64,000 nt of DNA, taken from NCBI GenBank assembly GCA_964016885.1, contig OZ024741.1, positions 142,352,001 through 142,416,000 of the forward strand, written 5' to 3'. Numbering within the stretch: position 1 is the stretch's first letter; every line of letters begins with the position of its first letter. The translations under genes and the position numbers were made by a program. The DNA comes from Eledone cirrhosa (Eukaryota). Shown here one piece after another: positions 37,944 to 50,762 of the stretch. Under the pieces are notes generated by a model. The model saw only the letters and a program-made list of their open reading frames with translations, did not search any database and was not told the DNA's origin.

Positions 37944-38194
37944 GTTAGTGTCTCATGTTCTTCTTGGTGTTGATTACAGACAACAAATGGTGGCACCAAA
38001 ATCTACCCCAGTTAATGTCTCCTGTTGTTGATGATGATGTTATGGTTAATGTTGATATTGTTATTATTGATGTTGATGATATTATTGTTGATGTTGTTGA
38101 TAATGTTGATAATATCGTTGTTGTTGATGTTGATAATAATGTTGATGTTGTTGTAGCTGATGTTACTAACCTCTGACTTCTAATCTCTTTTCAG

Positions 38195-38274
38195 GTCTTC
38201 CTGCCAGGGACCTTGTTATACTTTATCGTCACAAGATACTCATCTTATTTAAACTCCTTCTTCTAGAACGACGG
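38195..38274 (+). CDS. AVL9: AVL9 exon 6
   Basis: ttcag|(G)LPARDLVILYRHKILILFKLLLLERR|gtaaga. Confidence 0.95.
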
Positions 38275-38444
38275 GTAAGATAATAGTGGTGTTGGTGGCT
38301 GTGGTGACCATCACTCAATAATTGAGACTATATATATATATATATAACCCATGCTAACGTGGAAGATAGACATTAAACGATGATGATGATATATATAATT
38401 TGAAATGTAGTTATTGTAACACAAATGACTATAATAATAGTCCT

Positions 38445-39010
38445 TTTCTTCTTCACCCACTTATTCCTGTGAGTGTCATGGGAGCGGAGTCCACAAACAC
38501 ACCTTCCAACAAGTCCTATTAGAAACAACTGTCTCCAATTGATCTGGCTGGATCCCCAAGTAAGACCAACTGAGCTCATGGATGTTATCCAACAATCTTG
38601 CTTGTAATCTATCTCTGGGTCTCCTGTTGGTTGGCTTCGCCTGTAAAATCTGTCCAGCGATTCTAACCATGTCTGAGTATCAGAGTTGTGATCTCTTGAT
38701 TTGGAGAAGTAGCAACTCTACCTGGAACAACTTCCTGATCTCTGAGCTACACACCCCATCAAGTGACGTTACTCCTAAGATCCTTTGGAGGAACCCCATT
38801 TTAGAGGCTTGTATTTGCAATCATACTCTTTCTGTCATTACCCAAGATTCATGACCATAGGTAAGGGTTGGCACAAATTGAAGATAGCAAGGTTGACTTT
38901 TACACCTACCTTCCTTCTTCTGATGGCCAAGTACTGGAGTTGGTGCTTCATTGCACCAGCTCCTGCAATTCTTGCATTATCACTTGTGAAAATGGCCCTG
39001 AGATACTGTA
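38445..39010 (-). mobile_element. RTE-like LINE 3' fragment (related copy at about 51300-51690)
   Basis: MVRI..QILQAKPTNRRPR.R...W/LLDNIHELSWSYLGI tail shared by both copies. Confidence 0.65.
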
Positions 39011-39521
39011 CTGGTGGTTGTGGGAATACTCAGAAGGGTTTACCTCTTGGGGCTTAGTCTGAAGGAAAGATCTCCGTGGGGGGTGCAAGTTTATGTGCCA
39101 CATAAAGTTCAAATACAGACCCTTCCTTAATGAAGTAACTGCACAGTTAGATGTAGTTAAGACTGAACCATATATCTTAAGATTTTAATGCACATGTTGG
39201 CATTGTCCACTTGACATGGAAAGAAGTTATTGAAAGGAATGGCGATCTCAATTTAAATGCAAATGGAGAGGCCTTATTAGACTTCTGTTCTAATAATAGG
39301 CTCTCTATTATGAACACCTTCCTGCACAAAGACATCCATAAATATATAACAATAGCCGATCACTATTAATAATATATGAAAAACTCACGTAATATACGCC
39401 TGGGAGAAGACAATTTATGTTTCTCCACGTTTAATGCATGTTCTTTTATGATACCAAGTCGAATACATTTTAGATTATTTCTTTCAATTTTCTTTTCTTT
39501 CAACTCCTACTATTATTACAG

Positions 39522-39591
39522 GTACTATTTACAGGGAAACCAGTCCAAGAGCTGTGTCAAACTATGTTAGGTATCATGTCACTCTTTCCAG
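39522..39591 (+). CDS. AVL9: AVL9 exon 7
   Basis: tacag|VLFTGKPVQELCQTMLGIMSLFP|gtatgc. Confidence 0.92.
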
Positions 39592-40094
39592 GTATGCTCT
39601 TAATTTCTCCTTCATTTGCTTTTTTGCTGTTCCACATACCAGGTGGTGATCTGACAGTCATTATACAGTAAGATAAAATGCTTTGCGATATTTGTTGCGG
39701 TTCTCTGTGCTCTGAGTTCAAATTTGCCATTCATTCTTTCAGGGCTTGATAAAATAAAGTATCAGTCCCTGGCGATGGATTGGCAGAATTAACGTGTTGG
39801 ATAAGATGGCTTCTGGTATTTGTTTTTGCTCATTGCATTCTGAGTTTAAATTCTTCTGTTGCATACTTGAGTGCATGTCTTAGTCTAACACCCAGTTTAA
39901 CTCCACCACCTGATCCTTGGGTATCTTTAGTGGAGTCCACTCTGTTGATCGTCTTACCAATCTCAGAAGCCCTGTTCTGGCACTAACTACTTTACAGTAA
40001 ATGTTATACATGAATGTAACTATTGTGGTTCTTCTGTAAAGTAATTGTTTGAATTCCATACCTTTTACCATATTTTCTTTCTTGTTTGATCCAG

Positions 40095-41290
40095 GTTTAA
40101 TAGAATATGGTTTGAAGGAGTCTGCCTGCTATTCTCCTCACAGACAACTTTCTCCAACATTAAAATTCCACCAAATGGAATCCGAGGTAGACGGGTTTCT
40201 GGAAGTCAGCTACCACAAAGATACCAACTGTGATATTTCTATCTCTCCCCTAAGACCCCCCTCAAGAACCACAAGTTTAGCATCCGAGCCAGAGAATCAG
40301 ACGATAGTACGCGACGAGAATGATGATTTAGATTTACAATGCGATCCACTGAGATCAGCAGCACCCTCATCAGACACATTCCCTATTACTGCAGCACCTC
40401 TGTCAGGCAGTATTGAAGCTGGATCTCCAAAAGACATGACCATCATGAAAGACACTGCCAATACTTCATATTCAAGCTCAGGTGTGTCAACTGTTTCATC
40501 TGTGACTAAAATGGGACTGGATGCAATAGATAAAGACTTGTTAAATAACAACAATCAGAATAGTAAGATTTCTTACCATGCTGATGGATCTTCATCTACC
40601 ATCACTAGTCAGAATGCATTACATGAGGACATGACAAAATCATCTCTGGCTCACATGGTTAACGAAGGTAACGTGTTGATGGATCAAGGAATGACTCGCT
40701 GTTCGGAGAGACACCTCAGAGTGGACCTGGAGGTTGACGATACTGAAACCTTATCTGAAGAGCTGAAACGAAGTGAGAGCATTGAAGAATTAGATTCTCC
40801 AGAGTCAATCAGCAAGATTGATCGAGAGGATTGCTTCTCATGGGAAGAGGACCGGATTGTTCTTGAAATAAATGATGAAAATGATCCAAAGAGTGACAGT
40901 GAAAGGTGTCCATATCTTGCGTCGGACAAATCCATAAATCCAGCTACTACCAACACCAACACTGCCGCGACGAATGTCATCTGTGATAAAAATGCCAGGC
41001 CACAACACAAGATCGAGTCTGTTTCTGAGCTCCCTGGCAATAGGGCCGGACTGATACATCCTACTGCTGACAGTTCCTGCGAGACTCTATTGAAGAATCT
41101 GCCAGTTATGCAGTCAGAAACCGAAGAACATGCTGCTGATGACCCCCTTCAATCTAAAGATACCCAAAAGGGGTCAAGTAAAAAGCCCTCATCTTTGGAC
41201 ATTCAAAGCAACTCTCTAGAAGATGGTGTACCCATGACAACAACACTTCAAGTCGATGAATATGGTCTCCCTTTGGCAATATTCTCCAAG
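40095..41290 (+). CDS. AVL9: AVL9 exon 8 (large, mostly low-complexity/disordered insert)
   Basis: tccag|(G)LIEYGLKESAC...DEYGLPLAIFSK|gtttgg. 1196 nt open, with conserved AVL9 motifs at both ends. Confidence 0.92.
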
Positions 41291-41681
41291 GTTTGGAAAC
41301 GTTATTTATTTTTTTTTTGTTACATTTAGTTTTTGTTTTGTTTTTAATCTTCTGACTATATCCTTTTCATCATCATCGTCAGCATCATTATTTTCCTTAC
41401 CATAGGGCAGTGGAACATTGGACAACATGCTTTGTGGTACGTAGTTACAGCCTTTAAGGTTCTGAGTTCAAATCCCGCTGAGGTTAGCTATGCCTTTCAT
41501 CATTACTGGGTCGATAAAATGAAGTACTAGTAACGTACTGGGGTCAATTTAATCGACTTTCTCCTCCCATAAGATTGTTGGTCTAAATCAGAAGCCATTA
41601 TTTTCCTCACCAATATCATTATCACCAACTTTTTCAACTACATCATCCTCTTCAACATCATCATCATCAGTTCCTCTACAT

Positions 41682-44336
41682 CACAGGTTCTCAACCCATT
41701 TAGGCCAAACGCCCCCTTTTGTCCCACGAAATCACGAAACGCCCCTTCCCTATTTTTCCATTTTTCAATATACTACTGATTTTGATATCAGTAGATTACT
41801 AAAAAATTGATTAACAATATTCCAAAGATACCATTGCAGGCAGCTGAGAGTATAAATACATTCCTTGAAAGGAAATATATAAATTTCAAAAAAAGGAACA
41901 TAAATGTTCTTTTTTATGAATAAGGACCAGTTGAATTTGTTATATTCCCACCAGGCGATACCAGCTATTTTGAACATTTATACAAGAGCAACTCTATCCA
42001 AAGAGTGCTCTTATCTGGAAGAAAGTGCCAATTATATCATTTCAAAGCTTTCCAATTTTCCCTTTAATGAAACGGACAGAATAAATGTTGATATCTAACT
42101 TGATGTCCCCTCTGCTTTGTGAGCTTAGAGACCATGGAAGAGGGTTTTCATGACCATGCGGGAGGGTATATTTATTAGTAAATGGTAAAATATATACAAC
42201 AAATGAGTAAGTGAATTGTAGTAGATGGTTTCCAGTCCAGTCAGACTGCAACTACAAATAAAAAAAATTGTTAGTTTGCTTTGTAACAATAGCATATCCA
42301 AGTTTTCGGATAAATCAACTTACTTTAACTTTGACCTCATTTCAATGGGACCCTTGAACTTTATGGAGTCTAGCTAACTCTTTGACGTCAGGCTGGATTT
42401 TCGTAAGATGTAGCCGGAGATCTCCACATGTAATTACATTGTAGCGGTTGCGAGCCTTACTGTGCAGTCTGGAAACAGCACCAAACCTCCTCTTTACTAA
42501 GTATGAGCTTGGAAAAGGCAGAGAAAATCTCTTAGCCTCTGCATGTAGGTGTGGAAATCGACACTGAATTTCCTCTTGCATCCAAAAAAGGGATTCACCT
42601 ATTTTGGGAAATCTAATTTTGATCATGTCATCTGCTTGAAGTTCAATGAATTCTTCCTGAAATATAACATCCAAATCATCAACGTTAACTATGAAGGGAT
42701 CTGCTACCCACATTGGGATGTCCATTGGCAAAAGGTCGACAAACCGTTGTCTCATGTTGTCTTGTAATGCACGGAGGTGAGAGGTATAAATTTGGAGTTG
42801 GTCATCGCTTACAATGTTTTGAACATTGGTGACACTAGGAAAATTATAAAATTCCCGTCAACAAAGATTCCTTTCGATGACATTCAATTTGGCCAGGAAT
42901 GTTTTTCACAGCATTCCTTTCTTTAAACAAGGTGATCTTCTTCCTCTGCAAAACCAAAATGACTCTATTGCATTAGTCGATGATGTCGGTGAGGTAGGCA
43001 CAGTTTTGCCTCACAGCGAGGGTTTTCTTGTACAGTTCTGTGTTGCGTCCTCGCAGAAACTCAATGATAGAGTCGAACAGTTCAAAGAAGTGCGTAAGGC
43101 ACTTGCCCTTTGAAAGCCACCTCACTTCATTATGAAGGAGCAACTTGACAAATTCTTCGTCATTATCTTGGCACAGTTGCCGGAAAATTTGTTCATTGAG
43201 GGAATGCAGTTTGATAAAATTGATGACATCAAGGGCCACCTGCAAGAACTTGCTCAGCGGCTTGCTGAGTTTTTTCGCAGCCAAGTGTTGTCGATGAATG
43301 ACACAATGAACAACAAATACAGATAGATTTTCTCTCTTCAGAAGAGTGACGAAACCCTTATGTTGGCCGACCATTGCTCTTGCGTCGTCCATAGCACATG
43401 ATAAAATGTGTGTTGTATTTGGTCCTAGATGTATGTATTACCTGCCTGTGTGTTGTAGGTAGTCCTAGATGTATGTATTACCTGCTTATGTATTGCATAT
43501 GGTCCCAGCTGTATGTATTACCTGCTTGTGTGTTGTATGTGGTCCTAGATGTATGTATTACCTGATTATGTGTTGTATGTGGTCCTAGATGTTTGTATTA
43601 CCTGATTATGTGTTGTATGTGGTCCTAAATGTTTGTATTACCTGCTTTTGTGTTGTATGTGGTCCTAAATGTATGTATTACCTGCCTGTGTGTTGTATGT
43701 GGTCCTAGATGTGTGTGCTACCTCCTTATGTGTTGCATGTGGTCCTAGATGTGTGTATTACCTGCTTATGTATTGTATGTGGTCCTAGATGCATGTATTA
43801 CCTGCTTATGTGTTGTATGTGGTCCTAGATGTGTGTATTATCTGATTATGTGCTGTATGTGGTCCTAGATGTGTGTGCTACCCGCTTCTGTGTTTTTTTT
43901 TAGTTTTTTTTATTTGTAATTTTATTTATACAATAGGGAATAAAATAGATCTACATAGTGTTAACTCGTTACAGTTGAGTCAATAATTTCAGACATGAAA
44001 TACATTGTTATCGGTGAAGGAAAGACAAGATTCTAACTGGCTACACTCAAAGTGTCCTTGACCCAGTTGACTGTGGGTTTTTCCATTGTTAGGATCTCAA
44101 TTGCTGGTTAATGTCTAGACACGCCTGCATGCTCATTCAAATGCATTCACACTGGCTGTCTCAAAGACATACAAATATGGCTTATAAAACTTACCAAAGT
44201 AAAGAGCCTTCCAGTGCCCCCCAAAGCTCCAAACGCCCTCCATGGAGTTCCAAAACGCCCCCAGGGGTGCATATGCTCCCCCCCCCCGTTCAGAACCTTT
44301 GCTCCCCCCCCCCCCCCTCCCCGTTCAGAACCTTTG
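41682..44336 (-). mobile_element. hAT transposon of Buster/Charlie type, defective
   Basis: TIRs CACAGGTTCTCAAC and GTTCAGAACCTTTG, 8-bp TSD CTCTACAT/TTCTACAT. Motifs DDARAMVG, HCVIHRQHLAAK, LLLHNEVRWLSKGKCL, LPFPSSYLV and GDLRL. Confidence 0.92.
43407..43893. repeat. 40-bp minisatellite (about 12 units) inside the hAT
   Basis: tgtgttgtatgtggtcctagatgtatgtattacctgctta repeated. Confidence 0.93.
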
Positions 44337-44736
44337 TTCTACATCATCATTATCACCAATATCATCTACCATTATCCTCATCATTATTATCATTATTATC
44401 ATTATCATCATCATCTTCATTTCATCATCTACCATCATCCCTGTCTTCGTTCAGAAAATGTGTAGTAAAATAAAAACTAGGTTTTTTAATGTGATGCATT
44501 CATAGTGCTATTTAATACTTTACAAGAATATCTAATATGGTTTCATGTGGTTTGTTAATTAAAATGTTTATAGTAGCTTTACTAGTGAACAGATTGGAAA
44601 AATTTACAGTAGACTAAACTAAAGACTAATTTTTAATGTGATACAGTTATAATGATGTTTTGTACTTTTTAAGAACCTCTTGCTAATGTGGTTTCATGTG
44701 GTACAGAATGTTAAGTGTTAATGAATCCCATTTCAG

Positions 44737-44871
44737 GGCTGCCTGTGTCATCCATATTTATCCCTGCAGTTCTTTGACCTCCTCGAAGATGTGAATGTGC
44801 GTGGATTTGTAATTGGTGCCACAAATATATTGTTTAAACAGCGGAAACACCTCACTGATGTCGTTATAGAG
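44737..44871 (+). CDS. AVL9: AVL9 exon 9
   Basis: ttcag|GCLCHPYLSLQFFDLLEDVNVRGFVIGATNILFKQRKHLTDVVIE|gtaagt. Confidence 0.96.
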
Positions 44872-46059
44872 GTAAGTTGATGTGCGGTAGAGAGCATACT
44901 TAGAGCAGTGACTATCTGGTTAGAGTGCTGGATTACCAACCCATTAGTTAGTTTATCCCAAGCCCAGAGGCTCATCAGGCCAGTACTTATCTTGGTTTCA
45001 TTGGTGTTAAGTTACTAAGAGTACAAGACTTTCCCTGAACAGGACACCCGTCCATTACAAAGTTAACCCCCAGGTACTGCTGGTACTCACTTTCAGCTGA
45101 GTGTACTGGAGAAATGAGAATTGAAGTGTTTTGCTCAAGAACACAATGCACAAACCAGTACAGGAATCAAACCCGTGATATAATTGTAAGTTCAACACTC
45201 TAACCATTAGGCCACATGCCTTTATGTAGGACATGTATTCAAATTTGCTCTGTAAGTATTTTGGTATGTTTCAACAAGAACTTGTCCTGTCTCTTTTGTT
45301 GCCACTTTCAAAGATTGATTTACAGCTCCTAGCAGGGTAAGGATGTATAAATGTGTGTGTGTGTTGTTTAGTCTCAAGTCAGCCTTGATCAAGCAGATCT
45401 GTGATCAACAGCATTTCAGCCATGACCATCCTGTTTGTTTTTCTGGCATAGTACATCTAAAAAACGTTATTCAATGTTTCTTTTTTTCTAAAGAGAGTAG
45501 TTTAGGATATATAACTGCCATTCCTAGCAGACTAATAGATCATGAAGAGGTTCCCTTAGGGGTTTGTTTGTGTGTGTGTGAATATATAATATGCTATGTA
45601 TGTATATGTGTACATTCTATTGTTTTACTTGCATATTTTCATACTTACATGAGGCTATTGGTGTATTTGTTGGAACATTTGTTTTTGTCTTTTTAATACT
45701 CGGGTGAGGCCTTTTCAACTACAACCCATTTAACCTTGGAGTTTATGTTGTTTTTCTTTTGTTTAATTCAATCTAAATGAAGGGAATTGAGTGCCTTGCT
45801 AAAGCACACAAACTAATGACAATATTAGGAACCTGTTGATGGAGGTCAGCAATTCAGCCATCTTCAACCTCACAGCTGCTGTACTTCACATGTGGCCTAT
45901 TTTACAAAAAGATTATTTCATAACTTAAGCCTTAGGTAGGAGCCTGCTACCATAGTCTAGGGTCAACCAAAGCCTGTGTGAAATTTGGTTAATGGAAACT
46001 GTGCGGATGCTCATCAAAAGAACCGTTCTTGTTCTTGGGTGGTATACTTAATCCATTAT

Positions 46060-46375
46060 GTGGCTTACCACCTGACTCTTGGACTGTTTCTCTGGGAGTC
46101 TGTTGTAAGTAAAGTTGTGTGTGTGGTTTAACACCACCAAATGGCCCTTTAGTGTTCTCTTGAGGGGGTTGTTGCAAATAAATGTGTCTGGTTTGACACC
46201 ACCACATGGCTTTGGGCTGCTCACCTGGGGTTTGTTGCAAATAAGGGTGTCTAGTTTAGCACCACCACCTGGCCCTTGGATTGCTCACCTGGGGGTTTGT
46301 TGCAAATAAGGGTGTCTAGTTTAGCACCACCACTTGGCCCTTGGATTGCTCTCTTGGGAGTTTAATCTATTGCAA
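46060..46375. repeat. ~65-bp tandem repeat (4-5 diverged units) in a SINE-like tail
   Basis: gtgtctagtttagcaccaccacctggcccttggattgctcacctgggggtttgttgcaaataagg units. Confidence 0.8.
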
Positions 46376-46758
46376 GTATTTAGGTCAGGTCTCCTGTTTA
46401 AAGATAGCTTTCTTCCTTCTTTCCTCTCACAAATTTCTGAGGACAAAAGAAAAATATCTCTGGCTAAGTTATGAATAAAACAAATAATAATATATTTTGT
46501 ATGTTCTCTTTCTACCATAACTGTTTTCAAAATGACCATAATTATAGTCATTCACTATTAAATACTAGTTGAGAATTTTCTCAACTATTATTTATAGTGG
46601 TTGATTATTATTATGGTCATTTTCGTTGGGATGCACACATTTCAAATTTCCCCAATTCTTCCTAAGTCAACCACTTTCTGTTTCCAAAATGTTAAACCTC
46701 CCATGTTTCTTTTGGTTATCCACTCTATAATGTAACCACCACAACTGCTACTATGCAG

Positions 46759-46894
46759 GTAAATGATGGACGAATTGACTTCCATGACAATGAGCTGAAA
46801 AAACAGCTGAGTCTGACCACAACAGATTTGAGGTTTGCAGACTTCCTTGTGAAAATTGTGACTGAAAATAAAACCCTTTTCCTTGATGGTACAG
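46759..46894 (+). CDS. AVL9: AVL9 exon 10
   Basis: tgcag|VNDGRIDFHDNELKKQLSLTTTDLRFADFLVKIVTENKTLFLDGT|gtaagt. Confidence 0.95.
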
Positions 46895-47437
46895 GTAAGT
46901 TTTTAGCAATAGACTTGTTTTGATGAGATTTCAGTTGACTCAGTGCAATATGCTGGATGGATGGATGGTGGGCTGGCTGGGTAGATGGATGGAATGTGGG
47001 CTGGCTGGGTAGATGGACGGAATGTGGGCGGGCTGGGTAAATGGTTGGATGGTGTGGTGAACTGGCTAGGTAGGTGGATGGATGGCAAACTGGCTGGTGG
47101 GCTAGGTGGCAGGAGACCAGCAGTAAGTATGATAGGTCAGTATCTTGTGTATCCATGGTCTAAACTCTTAGCTTTCAATAACCTAGCTGTAAAGTAGGTA
47201 CCCCAGCATTGTAAGGTTAGTGGCCCAGTCCACCTACCTATAAATAGTCTTTCAGCTCAGTCCTGCTTGTACTCAGCCAAACAACCAATCATGACCCACA
47301 GATTTGGGGTTTTTTAGACCCACATCACTAATCATGTATACCTGTAATTAGACATTCCATCTGTGACCATTCTGTCTTTTTATTCAGACATAATGTATAA
47401 AAAATTATATTATCCAATGTCTCCTTTCCTTATTTAA

Positions 47438-47661
47438 CCCTTTTAATACCAAACCGCCTGAAACCAGCTCTGGTTCTATGATACAGGACTTGTTTTATAG
47501 TATATGTATTTATCTAAAAACTTTCCAACATAATTTTATGAGTTATGTTACAAAGTGAAAATGTTAAATATTTTATTATTCTCTCCAATTTCTTGATTAT
47601 TTTCAAAGTTTTAAAAAACATATTGGTAGTGTTTTTCATTAGAAATATGGTAACAAAAGGG
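47438..47661. mobile_element. piggyBac-type MITE family A (partial copies at about 34991, 59443, 59580 and 60567)
   Basis: TTAA|CCCTTTTAATACCA ... TGGTAACAAAAGGG|TTAA. Confidence 0.75.
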
Positions 47662-47967
47662 TTAAAACAACTTTTTTTAAGGTGATTTGGTCAGCATCTA
47701 TATAGAGGCTCTTACATTGCCATGGAAAAAATGAGTCTGTATGCTTTAGTAGTATTTTAACTCCAGTCTTTATGACACCACCTTTTGGCTTCAGAAACAT
47801 TATAATGATCCTTCCCAACATAATTAATACTACAGAAACTGGAATTGAGTTCTGCCGACCCTATTGATTCTTGTGATCTGGAAAAGATTATCTTAACCTA
47901 ATTTTCTTGTTTATTGGAAACAAAATGTATAGACTCAATAAAGCTTCAGTATTTAACTCCATGTATT

Positions 47968-48590
47968 ACAGCCTGTTGGGTGCCCACATCTCACTTCCAT
48001 AAGCCATCACCAGCAGAGCTTATTAATTAAACAGCTTTCTTTTGGTTTCGATTGTTGACTTACGACTTCTAATGATATTGTAAACTTTTCCAAAAGCCGC
48101 CCAGCTAAGCAAAATCCTTCTTTTAACCTCCCAAAGTAGGGCACCATCTCTTATAATCTTCTTTCCGAGGTACACATAACTGTCTACTTCCTTGATGGTC
48201 TTTCCATTTACAATAACTGGTGATGGTTTAGCATGGCTCAACATAAAATGGAACAAATCATGCTCAGCATTACCTTACATGGCAGAAAGAGCAACACCTG
48301 GATTCAACACCAGACTGGAATGAAGGACATAATCAAGACCATCAAGAAAGGCAAACATGGATGGGCTGGCCACATCTTTCATCTCAGAGACAACAGGTGG
48401 ACTATTAGAGCAACAGAATGGACACCAAGGCAGTGGAGAAGATCCAAAGGGCAGCCAAAAGCAAGATGGTGCAACGATCTGACCCAATATGGCCAGAGAT
48501 CTGACCCAATGTGGCCAGAGATAGCAAACAGTGGAGGTCAACCAGGGAAAGATTCCTCCAACAGAAATGAGAAGGCCCTGGATTTGGGAT
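47968..48590 (+). mobile_element. RTE-like LINE 3' fragment with inverted 5' segment
   Basis: The - strand 47968-48232 encodes IKEVDSYVYLG..EVKRRI..WAAFGK..KRKLFN..MAYGSEMW. The + strand 48233-48590 continues AQHKMEQIML..WAGHI..DNRWT..TEWTPR. Confidence 0.8.
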
Positions 48591-49417
48591 TACAGTCTTA
48601 AGCGTATGCTTCTAAGAGATATGTCAACCCCTTCTATAGTGCATCAGTCTATCACAGCTAATTTTCCCTACATAATTTTGCATGTATTCCCTTCACCACC
48701 ACACATATCATGATGGATTTATCATTCTTATCGTTTTTATGTTACTTTTCTATGTTAGTATGAGTTGGACAGGACTTTTTGAGGCAGTGTTTTACAGCCT
48801 GATGCCCTTCCCAAAACCCTTCCATTTAGTTGTTTCTTATGACATGCAGAGAAACGATGTGCCTATTTTAAACCAGATACACATAGCCTTGGGTCCACTG
48901 TAGAAAATAAAATGTCCTGGTCAGATTTGAACTCCTGATCTATGAGCCAATGGAATGGGATAGACCAACACCAATTCTGACAATGAATGTTCCAATTGTT
49001 CAATCAATGGTACAGCCTACTCTTGAAATTCACATGTAAATGACTGAGCACTCCACAGAGACATGTACCCATAACAATTCTCAGGAAGATTCAGCATGCT
49101 GCAATGTGTGACAAGGTTAGACATTTGAATTGCAGGTACAGTTCATCAAATGTGCTTCCAAACAGTTCCCATAAACTCAATTTCACTCACATTGTGTGGG
49201 TTGACTTGAGGCTCTGGTAAATGACATTTGCCCTAAGTGCCACACTTGATATCAAACCCAAGACCTAATGATTGTGAAACAAACTCATTAATTATTAAGC
49301 CATGTTGTATCCACCTGAGCAAATAAGTATAACATTGAAACACCTTACTCACCTGATCATATTGTTTCTACATGCTTAATTAATGTTTTCCATTTTTCTT
49401 TTCTTTGATAACTGCAG

Positions 49418-49498
49418 AATGGGAAGGAGGAGATGAGTGGGTGAGACTACAGTTCAAGGACTACATATTGTCGTTGTTAGCCAGCACATATGGCGGAG
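49418..49498 (+). CDS. AVL9: AVL9 exon 11
   Basis: tgcag|(E)WEGGDEWVRLQFKDYILSLLASTYGG|gtgagc. Confidence 0.95.
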
Positions 49499-49650
49499 GT
49501 GAGCTATCTGTTTACTGTCATGTTATTGTAAATAGCCATTGTAACACATCTAAACACTGTAAATGGACTTGTAGGAAGGAAATTCAAAATAAGAAAAAGG
49601 ACATAATATTTTCAACTCTATGAAAATATTATGTGTACTGCTACCTTTAA

Positions 49651-49871
49651 CCCTTTAGCATTTACATTACTCTATATTTACTTTTATATTTTCATGGTAA
49701 AGGCATTCCCTCACATAATTATCTCACATCATGTCGAAACTATGACATTTTGATATTATTTATTTTGAGAACAATACCTTAACATTAGTATAAGCGGCTT
49801 GGTGCAGCAGGTTTCAACAGAAAGAGGTAAGAGAATTCTGGCTGGATACAGCCGCTTTAAATGCTAAAGGG
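49651..49871. mobile_element. piggyBac-type MITE family B
   Basis: TTAA|CCCTTTAGCATTTA ... TAAATGCTAAAGGG|TTAA. Confidence 0.85.
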
Positions 49872-50414
49872 TTAAATATTGTCAAAGTCCCAGTTTAGAC
49901 AGTAAAATTTCAGATTTAAACATTGTAAATACACTGACTTAAACACTGTACCAACATTACAATGATTTTAACACCAATACAATAGACATTTAACTAACAT
50001 ATATCAATACTAAAATTACCCTAATATCAATACAAAATTTGTTGTTCAATCAACAGAACAGCCTGCTCATGTAAATAACATGTAAGTGGCTGAGCATGCT
50101 ATGGACACATGTACCTTTAACATAATTCTGAAGGAGATTCAGCATGATACAGTATGTGACAAGGTTGGCCCTTTGAATTATGGGTACTGTCTGTTTGACA
50201 GATTTCCAGTTTCCATCCACCCAATTTCACTCACATGGTGTGTGTCAAGCTATGGTAAATGACACTTGTCCAAGATGTCATACAGTGGGATTGAACCTGG
50301 GAATCTAATGAATGCAAAGCGAACTTCTTAACCATTCAACCATGCTATGTCCACACCAACATATATTATACATATTCACACAAACATATATGTCATGTAT
50401 CTCGCTCACCTCAT

Positions 50415-50473
<59 letters not shown>

Positions 50474-50605
50474 TCTCACCTCCTATCCCTCTCCTTCCCA
50501 TATATCTATATCTTTGTCTCTCTCACCCTCACCTCCATCTCTCTCTCTCTCACCCTATTATGTCTTTTTCTCACTCTCTATCTCCTTTATATCTCTCTCC
50601 TCCCA

Positions 50606-50636
<31 letters not shown>

Positions 50637-50647
50637 GTATGACCCAG

Positions 50648-50762
50648 ATGAGAAGTTGATGGAGGACTTCAACTTAACTTTTATCCAAGCTTGGAAGACA
50701 ACTCACAACTACCGATTGTGGCACAGCTGTAAACACCCTGTTATTGAAACAGTCACACAGTC
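50648..50762 (+). CDS. AVL9: AVL9 exon 12
   Basis: cccag|(D)EKLMEDFNLTFIQAWKTTHNYRLWHSCKHPVIETVTQ(S)|gtaagt. Confidence 0.93.

Noticed and set aside
40049-41329. 426-aa ORF as a stand-alone gene
   Set aside because: It is AVL9 exon 8, bounded by AG/GT and in phase with exons 7 and 9.
42342-43392. ZBED5/SCAND3-like domesticated gene
   Set aside because: Frameshifted, truncated, and enclosed by TIRs and a TSD, so a dead transposon copy.
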